The position numbers were made by a program, and so were the translations under genes. A stretch of DNA of 64,000 nucleotides from an uncultured virus (IMG/VR IMGVR_UViG_3300014073_000001) (Duplodnaviria > Heunggongvirae > Uroviricota > Caudoviricetes): IMG/VR virus record IMGVR_UViG_3300014073_000001; one strand, written 5' to 3'. The notes beneath the pieces are model-generated. The model ran no database searches. It saw only the letters and a program-made list of their open reading frames with translations, and was not told the DNA's origin. Positions 41,603-51,694 of this stretch are shown piece after piece. The number at the start of each line of letters is the position of its first letter. The first letter of the stretch is position 1.

Positions 41603-42490
41603 TTAACAATGGTCAAGACAATTCTTACATACATCGGGTATGATGTCTCGAGATTGTTCAGATCTCATTTTCATGCCTTTGCCGAAGCGTAGCAATTCCA
41701 AGACCGGCTTGTCTTTCAGATTGCCAATAATATGCTCTTTACTGTGCCCATAGCAACAGGTGCGTACATTAAGATCGACATCTACATAAAACCCTTTGAA
41801 TAGAGACCAGCACGGGACTGGTGATACTTTGTTTTCATACTCCCCTATTACGCCGGCCACTCCGGTTGCATATGTTCCGCCCTGTGATTGAAGTGGCAGC
41901 CAGTAATGATCACCAAACTCTAATTGGGATAAAGCTTCTTTGTAGTCGTCTTTGTCGGAATCAAGTATGGTTGATACAGTTAATGTTTTACCAAGCCGCT
42001 GACATTCTTCGTTCAATACTTTAATGTTCTTAATGATTATGCCATATATCCATTCACTAGCCGCTGTTTTAGATACGAAGTCATTCTGATCTTTGTAATT
42101 CCACGAAACTTTTAGGCTGTCAATATACGGGATAGCATTTAATATGTTGCTTTGGGTCGTTCCATTAGTAGTAAGGTAAGTAAAGAACCCGCTTTCTTTC
42201 AGTTCTTTATAGTATTTGGCCAGTTGGGGGTGCGTGCCCGACTCGCCCATATAGAACAAGCCTACTTCTTTGATAGTTCCTATCATCTTCAGCGCGTATA
42301 GAACGATAGCAAAATCATTATCATTCATAAACTTCTGACGTTCGCCATACTCTGCCATTTGCTTGTTATAGCAAAAGGCGCAGTTTAGTGTACAGATTCC
42401 AGTCAGTTCTATCTTCGCTGTTGTGTATGGAGTACCAGACAATAGATTGTCGTTCCTTGAAATTGCATTGACTCGATCTTTCACTGACAT
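41603..42490 (-). CDS. Radical SAM/SPASM(Twitch)-domain protein
   Basis: CTLNCAFC, MGES, TTNG; C-terminal PCW...VRTCC...IGN...CKNC. Confidence 0.9.
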   Translation of the reverse strand: MSVKDRVNAISRNDNLLSGTPYTTAKIELTGICTLNCAFCYNKQMAEYGERQKFMNDNDFAIVLYALKMIGTIKEVGLFYMGESGTHPQLAKYYKELKESGFFTYLTTNGTTQSNILNAIPYIDSLKVSWNYKDQNDFVSKTAASEWIYGIIIKNIKVLNEECQRLGKTLTVSTILDSDKDDYKEALSQLEFGDHYWLPLQSQGGTYATGVAGVIGEYENKVSPVPCWSLFKGFYVDVDLNVRTCCYGHSKEHIIGNLKDKPVLELLRFGKGMKMRSEQSRDIIPDVCKNCLDHC

Positions 42491-42502
42491 GTTTGTGCCT
42501 CC

Positions 42503-43312
42503 TCAATACCTGAAAGCTTTTCTGTCAACTCTACAAAAATCTACTTCGGATATCACGAAATGTTTGTGTGGCACCGGCAATTCTTTTGCTTTGACAGTTA
42601 AATAAACAGGATGTTCTGAAACAACTTCATACGGTATATTACCGACTGATACAGCGTTATTGCATAAGCCTTTTGTATTAATTAGCCATTTGCAGGCGGC
42701 CGGCGAAATGTACTGCTCTCTTAAAAGCTGAAAGCGTCGCCTCCATTTGTCAGTAAATAAGCAGTAGCCGAGCCTCAGCCCCGCCCCTATGGTCTTGCTA
42801 AATGAGCCGATAACAACTTTGTTGTCGTTGATATCCTTTACGTTAGCAAGTAGTTGACACTGGGTGTAGGTTTCATCTAAAATTTTAACACCGTCAAAGG
42901 AAATGTTCTCGTGCCTAAATAGATTGTTATAGGTATCTGTCATATATAGAAACTCGGTATCGATGCTTTTGACTTCTGGAGCAAAGATGCCGTCTTTAAA
43001 TTCATAGTTATGAAAGTTATAGGCGATGTCCAACGCTTCGCAATCTATCTGAACCATTTCCCATGTCGGATTCTCTATCGTAAGTTCCTTAACTCGTAAG
43101 GCCAAGAGAGCTATCTTCATAGCATTCTCACAGCCGTTAGTTAGAATGAAGTTGCCGATGGGGATATGAAATAACTTGCTAAAGCTTTCGTATGCTCGGT
43201 ACATATCTGGGTACTGTCTAGCATTAAAGGCAAAGATATTGCTTTCGCCTGGTTCGTTCTTGGTTGATAATGGACCATCTATTGATGGCTTGTAATCTTT
43301 TCTTTCAAACAT
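42503..43312 (-). CDS. PLP-dependent class I/II aminotransferase-fold enzyme (HisC/CobD-like, short)
   Basis: QYP, TNGCE, ILDETY, GSFSKTIGAGLRLGY (PLP lysine motif). Confidence 0.8.
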   Translation of the reverse strand: MFERKDYKPSIDGPLSTKNEPGESNIFAFNARQYPDMYRAYESFSKLFHIPIGNFILTNGCENAMKIALLALRVKELTIENPTWEMVQIDCEALDIAYNFHNYEFKDGIFAPEVKSIDTEFLYMTDTYNNLFRHENISFDGVKILDETYTQCQLLANVKDINDNKVVIGSFSKTIGAGLRLGYCLFTDKWRRRFQLLREQYISPAACKWLINTKGLCNNAVSVGNIPYEVVSEHPVYLTVKAKELPVPHKHFVISEVDFCRVDRKAFRY

Positions 43313-44099
43313 TACTTTTCACCAATTTCGCTAATTTTTTAGGATAAGTACAATGCTGTTGAAGTCTGCATGGTCTGCACTTGCTAACTTTGCTACAGGT
43401 TAAACAGCTGTTAGGCACATACATCTGACTCTGATGTGGACACCCAAGTGCTACGCGGCCGTCAGGATACAATGTCGCTATTCCGGTGCAGTCGTGCTGC
43501 CAGTGATTGAGCTTGTCGACGATCTGATTTTGTATTTCAACATCCCACATTTCATAAATGCGGCATAGCCATTCATCTACCCGCTCATAGAATTCTTGAT
43601 CCTTGTCATCAGTTATCAGATGTTCGAACAGTATGGAATCAATCGCTTTATACTCGCGAGCCCACAAGCGGATCATACTCATGAATTCATTGATATTAGA
43701 CTTAATCAAGCCATCGGTCAGGGTGATTAGCACTAGGCATGTTATATCGTTTGCTTCTAACCTCTTAAGGTTAGCAAGCCATGTGTTGTATTGGTTGCCA
43801 ACGAATCGATCGTCATTCCAAGACGTGGCGACATATAAGTCTTTATACTCTGCTATTAACTCATCATTTAGTATTATAAGGTTCGTAGTTATACTCTCTA
43901 CCTTCTCAGTAGCTAGGGCTTTCATCAGCCTGTCAGGAAAGAGTGTCGGCTCTCCGCCGAATAAGGTAACATGCCCGTCAAAGCCGCGTAGCTGCCGGAG
44001 GAATGCTTCCTCGTTATAGTTATCTGCCGTGTCTTTGATATTGCAATGTGGACAGGACTGATTACAGAGTTTCGTAGGTATAGCATATAGAATTCTCAT
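43305..44099 (-). CDS. Radical SAM protein with Cys-rich C-terminus
   Basis: CNQSCPHC, LFGGEP, TTNL; GCP...CLTC...C..C...C. Confidence 0.9.
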   Translation of the reverse strand: MRILYAIPTKLCNQSCPHCNIKDTADNYNEEAFLRQLRGFDGHVTLFGGEPTLFPDRLMKALATEKVESITTNLIILNDELIAEYKDLYVATSWNDDRFVGNQYNTWLANLKRLEANDITCLVLITLTDGLIKSNINEFMSMIRLWAREYKAIDSILFEHLITDDKDQEFYERVDEWLCRIYEMWDVEIQNQIVDKLNHWQHDCTGIATLYPDGRVALGCPHQSQMYVPNSCLTCSKVSKCRPCRLQQHCTYPKKLAKLVKSNV

Positions 44100-45073
44100 A
44101 ATTTCCATCCCGCCTTTACGATGCGCTCCTTTAGCTTTAGCATTTCACAGCAGTATTCAGGCGTCTCCTTGGCTTGCTCACGATTGGTGCTGCAGCCATT
44201 ACAGATATTAAATAACTCACAGTAGGTGCACTGAACGTTGATAGCCTCATTGTATGTAACAGGCTGTGGTTTAGCTTCCGGCCGTATGGTCTCTACCGGG
44301 ATCTCCATACCGTAATCCATATTGATTTTATCTTCACAATCACTGTAGTGTAGGTTGTTATCAGTGTCGACGTACGCGCAGCGGATCGTAGATTGACACA
44401 TAAGGTTGGAATTAGTCGGACAACAGCCTGTGCCTCTCTCAGCGCAATTGATTTCGTATTCATCTACGCCCTGGTCAATGATGTTGAGCCACATCTCAAA
44501 CATCTTATAACGTGGATAATAGATGCCCTGTCTGCCCATCTTCAGCGCATTGTTTAGCCGGCAGCGAGTACCGAGTTTCTTAGCGAGTTGTACATGCTCA
44601 TAGGCAGTATGCTCGTTCTCCTCGCTTATGACAGCAATGAAGGGCGGAACATACCCTACACGCTTCTTAAAGAGCGCAATAACCTTTCTGAAGGCCTCTT
44701 CATTGTATACAGTATCTTTATCCCATAGGCGGGTATTTCCGTAGTTAAATGAGGTGCAGACATTAACCCGGGGGTTAGTAAAGAGTGGCGTCCATTTATC
44801 TGGATAGAGATAAAAATCTTTGAGGTTAGTAGTAAATGATAGCTGGCAATCGCATAATGTCAGGAGCTCTTCATAGTACGACGGATTACACATGAGTGGT
44901 TCACCGCCGGTGATAATGAGTCCTTCGGGTCGGAGTATGCCTATTAACTTTTTAAGCTTATCCGAGACATTATTCGGATGCTGAATGTCAAGTGTTGATG
45001 CGGCGCAGAAAGTGCAGTTGAAGTTACATACGGAAGTAGGTTTTATAATGAGCTCCACTCTATTCATCTCCAA
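44096..45073 (-). CDS. Radical SAM/SPASM protein
   Basis: IIKPTSVCNFNCTFC, TGGEPL, FTTNL; CTYCELFNICNGC SPASM motif. Confidence 0.92.
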   Translation of the reverse strand: MEMNRVELIIKPTSVCNFNCTFCAASTLDIQHPNNVSDKLKKLIGILRPEGLIITGGEPLMCNPSYYEELLTLCDCQLSFTTNLKDFYLYPDKWTPLFTNPRVNVCTSFNYGNTRLWDKDTVYNEEAFRKVIALFKKRVGYVPPFIAVISEENEHTAYEHVQLAKKLGTRCRLNNALKMGRQGIYYPRYKMFEMWLNIIDQGVDEYEINCAERGTGCCPTNSNLMCQSTIRCAYVDTDNNLHYSDCEDKINMDYGMEIPVETIRPEAKPQPVTYNEAINVQCTYCELFNICNGCSTNREQAKETPEYCCEMLKLKERIVKAGWKL

Positions 45074-45452
45074 TCAGAAATTCTTGTTTGAAATACTGTA
45101 GGGTCTTTTTGATCGATTCGTACTGCTCAATGTCACCGATCTCCTCAAGAATCTTGTCGTAGACAGCAGGGTTAATGCTATAAGGGACAAAATACATATC
45201 GTCGCTCAATAGGTTTGCATCATCGAGAACCTTAAAAAAATCCTCTTTAAAATACTTCTGTAGATAATGAGCATAGACTATAGCAACAAAATAAGATTTA
45301 GCAGGGTATACCAGTTGCGACTCCGTCTTAAAGAACTTTACGACCATATCGAACAGCTCTCGATTGTTGCAGATGACGTACTCAATTTGTAGGTTTACGT
45401 CATCGAAGTCGTGCATTAAGTATGCTAACTTACGCCTTTCTTGCCACGTCAT
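45060..45452 (-). CDS. Hypothetical protein of the rSAM cluster
   Basis: 130 aa, YPAKSYFVAIVYA motif, overlaps both rSAM neighbours. Confidence 0.65.
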   Translation of the reverse strand: MTWQERRKLAYLMHDFDDVNLQIEYVICNNRELFDMVVKFFKTESQLVYPAKSYFVAIVYAHYLQKYFKEDFFKVLDDANLLSDDMYFVPYSINPAVYDKILEEIGDIEQYESIKKTLQYFKQEFLIGDE

Positions 45453-46440
45453 CTTTAATCCTCCGGATTAGGTTTTTCGGGGCGGGACATATGCCGTTTT
45501 GCCATGAGAGCTGGTGGCAGTCCCCGTTACAGATAGTATATAGGTCACAGTAGTAGCAACCGATCTCGCGCGTCTGCTCATTCTTTATTAGCTGATTGCG
45601 TGCGCAGCTTTCACACATGACGGCAGGTTCACTATCGACATCTGTATAGAATTGCGCGATAGCCGAGTTAGGGCAGCCGCCAATGGTACCGTTAGCATTA
45701 AGGGTGACTACTTCCTGCATGCATTGACGTTTGCGACAGCCTTCGAATGTACCAGTGCTTGCAATCGCTAAGCTTTCGAACATGCCTACGCGAAGTTTCT
45801 CGTTATTCTCGTAGAAGTCTAGGAGCCAGGCGTCTTGCTTTGTATAATCAGGGATCAGTGATTTATCACATGTGGTGTTGTCGGTCAATCGTTCGAAGTC
45901 GATGTAGTCAATCTCCAGTCCAACAAAATAGTCATGCAGTTCTTTAGGGAATACGTTTTTGACCAGCGGAGCGGTCAAGCATATGATTACTTTTACTTCT
46001 ACGTCATTATCTATTAGCGTTTTAACATTGTGTTCCCATAATCCCAGCATTTCTGCATTAGGAAAGCGGATATCATAATCCCATGAAGTCTTAATGAAGG
46101 GCTCATGCATTCCATAAAAATCGAAAAAGTTTTTCTTGATGAAAGCTAAACGCTCATCGGTTAGTTCAAAACATAAGTTGCTAGTAGCGTCAAAGGTTGC
46201 CGCTGGAAATGCATCTACTACCTTCTGCATCTTCTCGGTCGGGCAGAGGAATGGTTCACCTCCATGGAATGAGAACAGCACTTCCTTCTCCTCGATACCA
46301 AACTTAGCAAGATATTTCTTCACCCATCCGATGGTCTTGTCTTCATTGAAGAGAGCGATAAGCTTTCTATTGTCACCTACGTAGCAGTGCTTGCACTTTA
46401 GCTGACAGGCCTCAGTTGTTTTGATGTACACCTTTTTCAT
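45430..46440 (-). CDS. Radical SAM/SPASM protein
   Basis: YIKTTEACQLKCKHC, FHGGEP, ATSNL; GGCPN...CYYCDLYTICNGDC...CPAP. Confidence 0.92.
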   Translation of the reverse strand: MKKVYIKTTEACQLKCKHCYVGDNRKLIALFNEDKTIGWVKKYLAKFGIEEKEVLFSFHGGEPFLCPTEKMQKVVDAFPAATFDATSNLCFELTDERLAFIKKNFFDFYGMHEPFIKTSWDYDIRFPNAEMLGLWEHNVKTLIDNDVEVKVIICLTAPLVKNVFPKELHDYFVGLEIDYIDFERLTDNTTCDKSLIPDYTKQDAWLLDFYENNEKLRVGMFESLAIASTGTFEGCRKRQCMQEVVTLNANGTIGGCPNSAIAQFYTDVDSEPAVMCESCARNQLIKNEQTREIGCYYCDLYTICNGDCHQLSWQNGICPAPKNLIRRIKDDVARKA

Positions 46441-47335
46441 TTCTATACCACCTTATTAAAGATTTCATGCCGCAGCATTCGTCGCCATCTCTCCATGGTT
46501 TAATGTGTTCAGCATAGCAGTGCCCATAGAATTCACATGTCCGACATAGCTCTTCGTACTCCTGCGCTTCTCTGTTGCATTCCCTCGCCCAATCTTCTAA
46601 ACTATCAAAGCTCTGAAAATATTCAAGCCCGTTGTCATAATGAATACAACAGTATTGGTTGTACGGATTTATAAACAGCACCGAATCCATAGAAGGGTTG
46701 TACATATTGTATATTACCTCTTCAATCTCGATTATGTTGTTTATCAGGAAATTATATTTGCTAGAATTATATTCGATGATAATAGCTTTAAGAAAGCTAC
46801 TATACTCTTCATTCGTAATCGCATAGTTCACCCGAGCATGTACGGCAGGAGAGTATTGGAGAAATCCTACGTTTAAATTAAACAAGCTCAGGTGACGCAA
46901 TATCTCTCTCGGTGGCTTTTTAAGAAGTGATGGCGTCACGACCTGAATCAGTGACAGGCTTTTATATTCATTGATTAACAGTCTAAACTCGGTCAGAGCG
47001 TTGCAGTCTCTCTCTTCATTAATAGAAGTTGACAGATCAATACCCTGTGTTTTGAAATAGTCGTTATAGACTTTATTGGAATAATTTGTAACGATCGATA
47101 CCGACGCGTATGTTCTGCAAATATTGTAGAGCTCCATAATATAGCTCAACGGCAGCAAGGTGATCTCGCCGCCGTACAGGTTGATAATGTCTATTATATT
47201 ATGGCGCGCAATCTCTGCTAGTTGCTCTTTTAGCTTCGGTAAATTTAGTATTTGCGAATCGCTTTTGAGGTCGCCCAGATAGCAATACTCACAATCGTAG
47301 TTACATGTATAGTTTGTCATGATATGAAGAATCAT
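46412..47335 (-). CDS. Radical SAM protein with Cys-rich C-terminus
   Basis: CNYDCEYCYLG, LYGGEI, VTN; CRTCEFYGHCYAEH...CCG. Confidence 0.92.
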   Translation of the reverse strand: MILHIMTNYTCNYDCEYCYLGDLKSDSQILNLPKLKEQLAEIARHNIIDIINLYGGEITLLPLSYIMELYNICRTYASVSIVTNYSNKVYNDYFKTQGIDLSTSINEERDCNALTEFRLLINEYKSLSLIQVVTPSLLKKPPREILRHLSLFNLNVGFLQYSPAVHARVNYAITNEEYSSFLKAIIIEYNSSKYNFLINNIIEIEEVIYNMYNPSMDSVLFINPYNQYCCIHYDNGLEYFQSFDSLEDWARECNREAQEYEELCRTCEFYGHCYAEHIKPWRDGDECCGMKSLIRWYRNEKGVHQNN

Positions 47336-48270
47336 ATAAAGACCTCCCCTGACCGGTGACAAATGGTACCTTCCAGTTTGTTGTCTAAATGGCAGCGCCT
47401 TAAGTTGATCATAATATCACTATTCCATATTTCTTTAAAAGAGTTCTTTCTTAAATCTCCTACGATGAAGTCATCAATAAATGCACTACAGCAGCTTGCT
47501 ACTTTCATATCACTTGTTATGTAGCTATTATTAAAAATACGCGGGCAAGGCACGACAGGCAGTCGGTTACAGTAATCACTACTGAAGTGCCCATCCTTTA
47601 TAAGCCCGCCCTGATTGTTAATATTAAAGAAATAGTGTTCACTCACATATGGTTTAACGTGTGCATCAACAAATGATTGCATTTTGATCGGTACGTTTTC
47701 TACATCGTATACGGTAGATGAGGCATACAAACTAATCGATGAATCAGATCGATATGCATACTCTGCAGTCTTTTTAATATTATCTATTACAATATCAAAT
47801 GCGTCGACGCCGGTCTCCTTAAGAAATTCGTCTCGATCCGCATGATTAATGGACCATTTTAAACTGTCTAGGCCTGAATTTACAATGTCTCTCATCAGCT
47901 GTTTTTTTAACAGTACGCCGTTAGTCGTGAGAAATAGATAAGGTACCCCCAAGCCCTTTGCAACCTTAATCATCTCTACAAGGTTGGGATTCATAGTTGA
48001 TTCACCTAGAAATAGCAGCCCGACCTCTTTAACACGGAGGTCAACCAATTGCTGTATAATATTTTGAAAGTCTTCCAACGACATGAATCCTTTTCGTTCA
48101 CTATGCTGATTGTAGCAGAAGGAGCATTTAAGGTTGCACATAGAAGCCAGTTCTACCTTAACGGACTTCGGCGTAGGACAAATGAGAGAGTAATTCTCGA
48201 TTTTTTCTATCGCTTTAATTCTTTCTCTGATCCCGTCAGCTTGGTCCCGATCACGATTGATGCTTTTCAT
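47332..48270 (-). CDS. Radical SAM/SPASM(Twitch)-domain protein
   Basis: VELASMCNLKCSFC, LGES, TTNG; PCP...ASCC...VGDL...EIWNS...IC; paralogous in style to 41603..42490. Confidence 0.9.
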   Translation of the reverse strand: MKSINRDRDQADGIRERIKAIEKIENYSLICPTPKSVKVELASMCNLKCSFCYNQHSERKGFMSLEDFQNIIQQLVDLRVKEVGLLFLGESTMNPNLVEMIKVAKGLGVPYLFLTTNGVLLKKQLMRDIVNSGLDSLKWSINHADRDEFLKETGVDAFDIVIDNIKKTAEYAYRSDSSISLYASSTVYDVENVPIKMQSFVDAHVKPYVSEHYFFNINNQGGLIKDGHFSSDYCNRLPVVPCPRIFNNSYITSDMKVASCCSAFIDDFIVGDLRKNSFKEIWNSDIMINLRRCHLDNKLEGTICHRSGEVFI

Positions 48271-49081
48271 AGTAATCACTCCAGAAGTTTTTGAATTCCT
48301 CACCATATAAATTACCAGGAGAATCACACTTACTACACAGTTTGCATAATTCACGCCGATCACCAATCAAATGCATACGGTCTTCTTTAAGCCTATTAAT
48401 CCAGATCTCATAAATGTCATCTGTAAAGATATTGCCTAGTATGTGTTCGCGGCTCCAGTCGCTACAGCATTGTAGTATATCACCGTTAATGTCGATCGTT
48501 ATTTTCATGAAGCAAATATTGCAACAAGACGACGGGATATGCACGTCCGACTTTCCGACATTGCCAGCTCGGTTATTCCAGAACGTGTTGTTCTCTTTAT
48601 ACTGGGTTTTGAACTGTAGAGGCGACTTCGTATTTAAGTCCTTAATCTTCAGTTCGGCAGACTCATCGTATAATGATACATCGATATTATCGACTTCAAG
48701 ATCGACAAGGCGGCCATGAAAGTCACCATTGGTTGTTAACAGCACCCGGGCCTTATCGCATTCCTTCAATTTATAAATAAGCTCTTGCAGATAAGGATGA
48801 AGCGCTGGCTCTCCAAAGCCCGACAGAGAGAATGTACCCTGGAATTTATTCCTTAGCTGTTCCACTAATTTGGCGATCACCTTTATGTCCATAAATTGTG
48901 ACAGGTAAGATGGAGAAGTGTAGCCATTGCCACGAGGACAAAAGCTACACTTACGATTACATGCTTCGCTTATATTGATGATGATCGTATGGAGACTGGT
49001 GAAAACATCGAGGTCATGCGTCTTTAAGTATTTACCGATTGCATCTGACTTTGTCTGAATATTGGTAGCCCTCAAATTCAT
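48251..49081 (-). CDS. Radical SAM/SPASM(Twitch)-domain protein
   Basis: CNRKCSFCP, SGFGEP, TTNG, NNRAGN; C...F...ING...CC.DW...LGNI...EIW...CSKC. Confidence 0.9.
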   Translation of the reverse strand: MNLRATNIQTKSDAIGKYLKTHDLDVFTSLHTIIINISEACNRKCSFCPRGNGYTSPSYLSQFMDIKVIAKLVEQLRNKFQGTFSLSGFGEPALHPYLQELIYKLKECDKARVLLTTNGDFHGRLVDLEVDNIDVSLYDESAELKIKDLNTKSPLQFKTQYKENNTFWNNRAGNVGKSDVHIPSSCCNICFMKITIDINGDILQCCSDWSREHILGNIFTDDIYEIWINRLKEDRMHLIGDRRELCKLCSKCDSPGNLYGEEFKNFWSDYYEKHQS

Positions 49082-49089
49082 TTCTCCCC

Positions 49090-49977
49090 CTAGAATGAAA
49101 AATATGGTGCACAAATTTCGTTAATCAGAGTTTTGTCTGGATTTACTTTATTAATTAGCTTTTCGAAGTAGTTGATATTCTCACTGGTAACATAGAGGCA
49201 AGCTGGGATATACGGCAATTGTAAATATAGAGCAGACAGAATACGTGCGTGCGAATCATTAGTCGATACAATTGTGCCATTGTCGATTTCCAGATACAGA
49301 GGTTTTTGAATTCCGTTCTTAGCGATATCTGTAATTAGCGCATCCATCTCATCTTTGTCGGAGCCGGTAAACCAGAAGTCTTTGCTGATAACATCATAGC
49401 AGTAATTGTAGTCAGCCAGCTGGACCGTGGAATAATACTCATACGGTAAGTTTACATTAAGAATATAGATCGGTGCTTTACAGATATCTTTGTTGTCGAC
49501 AATAGTATAACTTGTAGAATCAAACATACTGTATTTACTGCTATTTGGAACCTTACAGAAATAACTTGGCATATTTGATACCGGCTGAAGCTTAGTTCTT
49601 AAAAATTCCGGAATTGATTCGGCGTACTCAATACCATATACATTCATGACAATATCGGTATCATTCATTTTAATATGCTTCAAGTAGTCTTCACTGGCCA
49701 TTGCTAGGCCGAATGAACCGAAGTATTCGAGCAGGCCATAAGCGTCAGTGATTCTAGAATAGTCCTGGCTTTTACCAATCTTCGGGATCTTCTTGAACTG
49801 AAGCTGCAGGTGCGCTGGCAAAAGTTTGATAATCTCTTTTCTATCAGCTACATCAATCGTTACTGTCTGCTTTGAGCGCAGATGCTGTTGCAGATCCCCG
49901 TAACCAGTTACTTCATAATCTTTTATGATAAGCTGAGGTTTTTTGTTCAGCCTATCCATTACTTCCATGCTCTCCAT
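49090..49977 (-). CDS. Hypothetical protein with C-terminal ParB/Srx-like segment
   Basis: LITDIAKNGIQKPL...NDSHARILSALYLQLPYIP resembles the ParB/sulfiredoxin core (G...P...DG.HR..A). Confidence 0.5.
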   Translation of the reverse strand: MESMEVMDRLNKKPQLIIKDYEVTGYGDLQQHLRSKQTVTIDVADRKEIIKLLPAHLQLQFKKIPKIGKSQDYSRITDAYGLLEYFGSFGLAMASEDYLKHIKMNDTDIVMNVYGIEYAESIPEFLRTKLQPVSNMPSYFCKVPNSSKYSMFDSTSYTIVDNKDICKAPIYILNVNLPYEYYSTVQLADYNYCYDVISKDFWFTGSDKDEMDALITDIAKNGIQKPLYLEIDNGTIVSTNDSHARILSALYLQLPYIPACLYVTSENINYFEKLINKVNPDKTLINEICAPYFSF

Positions 49978-49988
49978 ACTGAAGTCTC

Positions 49989-50741
49989 CTATGCTTTAAA
50001 TTTCTCTATACACTTCTCAAGGTGAAAGTAGTTGGTCCTTACTCGCTCTAGTGGGAATGGAGCGTAGAGATAATAAATTGCATCCGGGTTTGAATAGTCG
50101 ATCGTATTAATGTTGACTTCGCTATCGAGCGGTATATTAAATAAAATCAGTTCCCGCCGATACATGTTATAAGCATCGTAATAATACTTTAGACGTCTTA
50201 CGTTGTTTCGAATAATGTGGTTCACATAGTCTTCGTATCTGGACCGTGTTCCATTTTTACGATGCACCAGGCAGTCTTCTACGCACCACGAGTATTCAGG
50301 AATAACAGTTATGTCGAATGCTATGATAGGATCGACTAGTTTCATATCGCCGATGCTAAGTTTTTGCGTTTCAATATGCTTTTTATGGTTGAATATACTC
50401 AAATCTACACTATAATCACCCAGCAATTTGCTGTCGGTTAACTGCTGAAACTTGATATAAGAATCAAACCATTCGTCGATAGTCCAGTCAAAAAGCTTGC
50501 TAAATGCCGTACACTTACTATACCAGTCGTTAATAAATGTATACATCTCATTGCTTGCTAAGCAGATGTTGAGATGATTATTTTTGAGATTAGACATACG
50601 CTCATGAGTAATAACTCTAGCGTTAGGGAAATATGTTTTGATATGGTTGTTATCACAAAACGGTAACGATGTTACTAAGTAGTTCCGATCTTCGCCAATC
50701 TCAAAGTTAAAGATGATATGACTCTTATAGAAAAACAACAT
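49989..50741 (-). CDS. Hypothetical protein of the rSAM cluster
   Basis: 250-aa ORF, coupled; no recognised motif. Confidence 0.6.
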   Translation of the reverse strand: MLFFYKSHIIFNFEIGEDRNYLVTSLPFCDNNHIKTYFPNARVITHERMSNLKNNHLNICLASNEMYTFINDWYSKCTAFSKLFDWTIDEWFDSYIKFQQLTDSKLLGDYSVDLSIFNHKKHIETQKLSIGDMKLVDPIIAFDITVIPEYSWCVEDCLVHRKNGTRSRYEDYVNHIIRNNVRRLKYYYDAYNMYRRELILFNIPLDSEVNINTIDYSNPDAIYYLYAPFPLERVRTNYFHLEKCIEKFKA

Positions 50742-50997
50742 CGATCAGCTCAACTCCATACGACTCTTTCCTGGTAAGACTTTGGGCAAAAGACGTTTCT
50801 TCGTTGGCCCCTCTCATAGCTACACCGTAGAATGGGCAAGTACATACGAACTCACCCTCTCCCACCGGGCCTATACAAAATACCTTATGTATACCCGTGT
50901 TTGTTAGACCATTGTTATAGACATAGCAGTCTTTAATGTAGTAGTCATTTGTCAGCCTCGAACCACAATAAAGGAAATTATTGTCCAAAATGCTCAA
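50725..50997 (-). CDS. Small Cys-containing hypothetical protein
   Basis: 90 aa with five Cys including CTCPFYG; overlaps both neighbours. Confidence 0.55.
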   Translation of the reverse strand: MSILDNNFLYCGSRLTNDYYIKDCYVYNNGLTNTGIHKVFCIGPVGEGEFVCTCPFYGVAMRGANEETSFAQSLTRKESYGVELIDVVFL

Positions 50998-51694
50998 AAC
51001 TTTCTACTTCCTGAGCGAGACTTTGCCATTCCTCTTTGGATGTAGCGCTGAGTCCGTACAGCACATCCATGAAGGGCAGTCTCTGGATTACAGTAAAGAG
51101 TTCGTTATTTTCTACAGTAAAGATCTGAGTATAAAACAAGGGCTCGATATTGACAGGAATACCATACAAAAACAGAAATTCATCATGTTCGATTAACTTG
51201 TATAGGTTGCACTTGATTGGGTTCTTATCAGCCTTTTTAAATTCCGACATATCATAAACTTCATCGTTGAGGAAGAAGCGATACATAGCGTACAAAGGCA
51301 AAGAAATAATTAACTGATATACTTCTGTCAGGAAGTCCAAATTCTCATCCTTGAATCTCTTAATTTCTTCATCAGACAGGATAGAATATTTATCGGTACT
51401 AATACCTAAACAGCTGTTTAAGATCTTCACCCAAGTAGATGAAAACTCTTTGTTGCTGACACTTAAGTCTTCAGTCAAATATAACATCAGGTACTCCGCT
51501 TTATCTTCGTAAGAGCAGTTACTGAAGTCTAAGGTGACGCTAAAGCCTGTATTCTTAAGAAACACCAGACTCGTCTTCTTCTGCAGCTCAGCAATGATAC
51601 TTATAAAATTCAGGTCAGACATATCTACAACTGCTCCATTTGTTTGGATCAGTTCCATCTCTTCGATTTTATATGGGAGTGATGTCTTTATCAT
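50978..51694 (-). CDS. Hypothetical protein of the rSAM cluster
   Basis: 238-aa acidic helical ORF coupled to the first rSAM gene. Confidence 0.6.
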   Translation of the reverse strand: MIKTSLPYKIEEMELIQTNGAVVDMSDLNFISIIAELQKKTSLVFLKNTGFSVTLDFSNCSYEDKAEYLMLYLTEDLSVSNKEFSSTWVKILNSCLGISTDKYSILSDEEIKRFKDENLDFLTEVYQLIISLPLYAMYRFFLNDEVYDMSEFKKADKNPIKCNLYKLIEHDEFLFLYGIPVNIEPLFYTQIFTVENNELFTVIQRLPFMDVLYGLSATSKEEWQSLAQEVESFEHFGQ

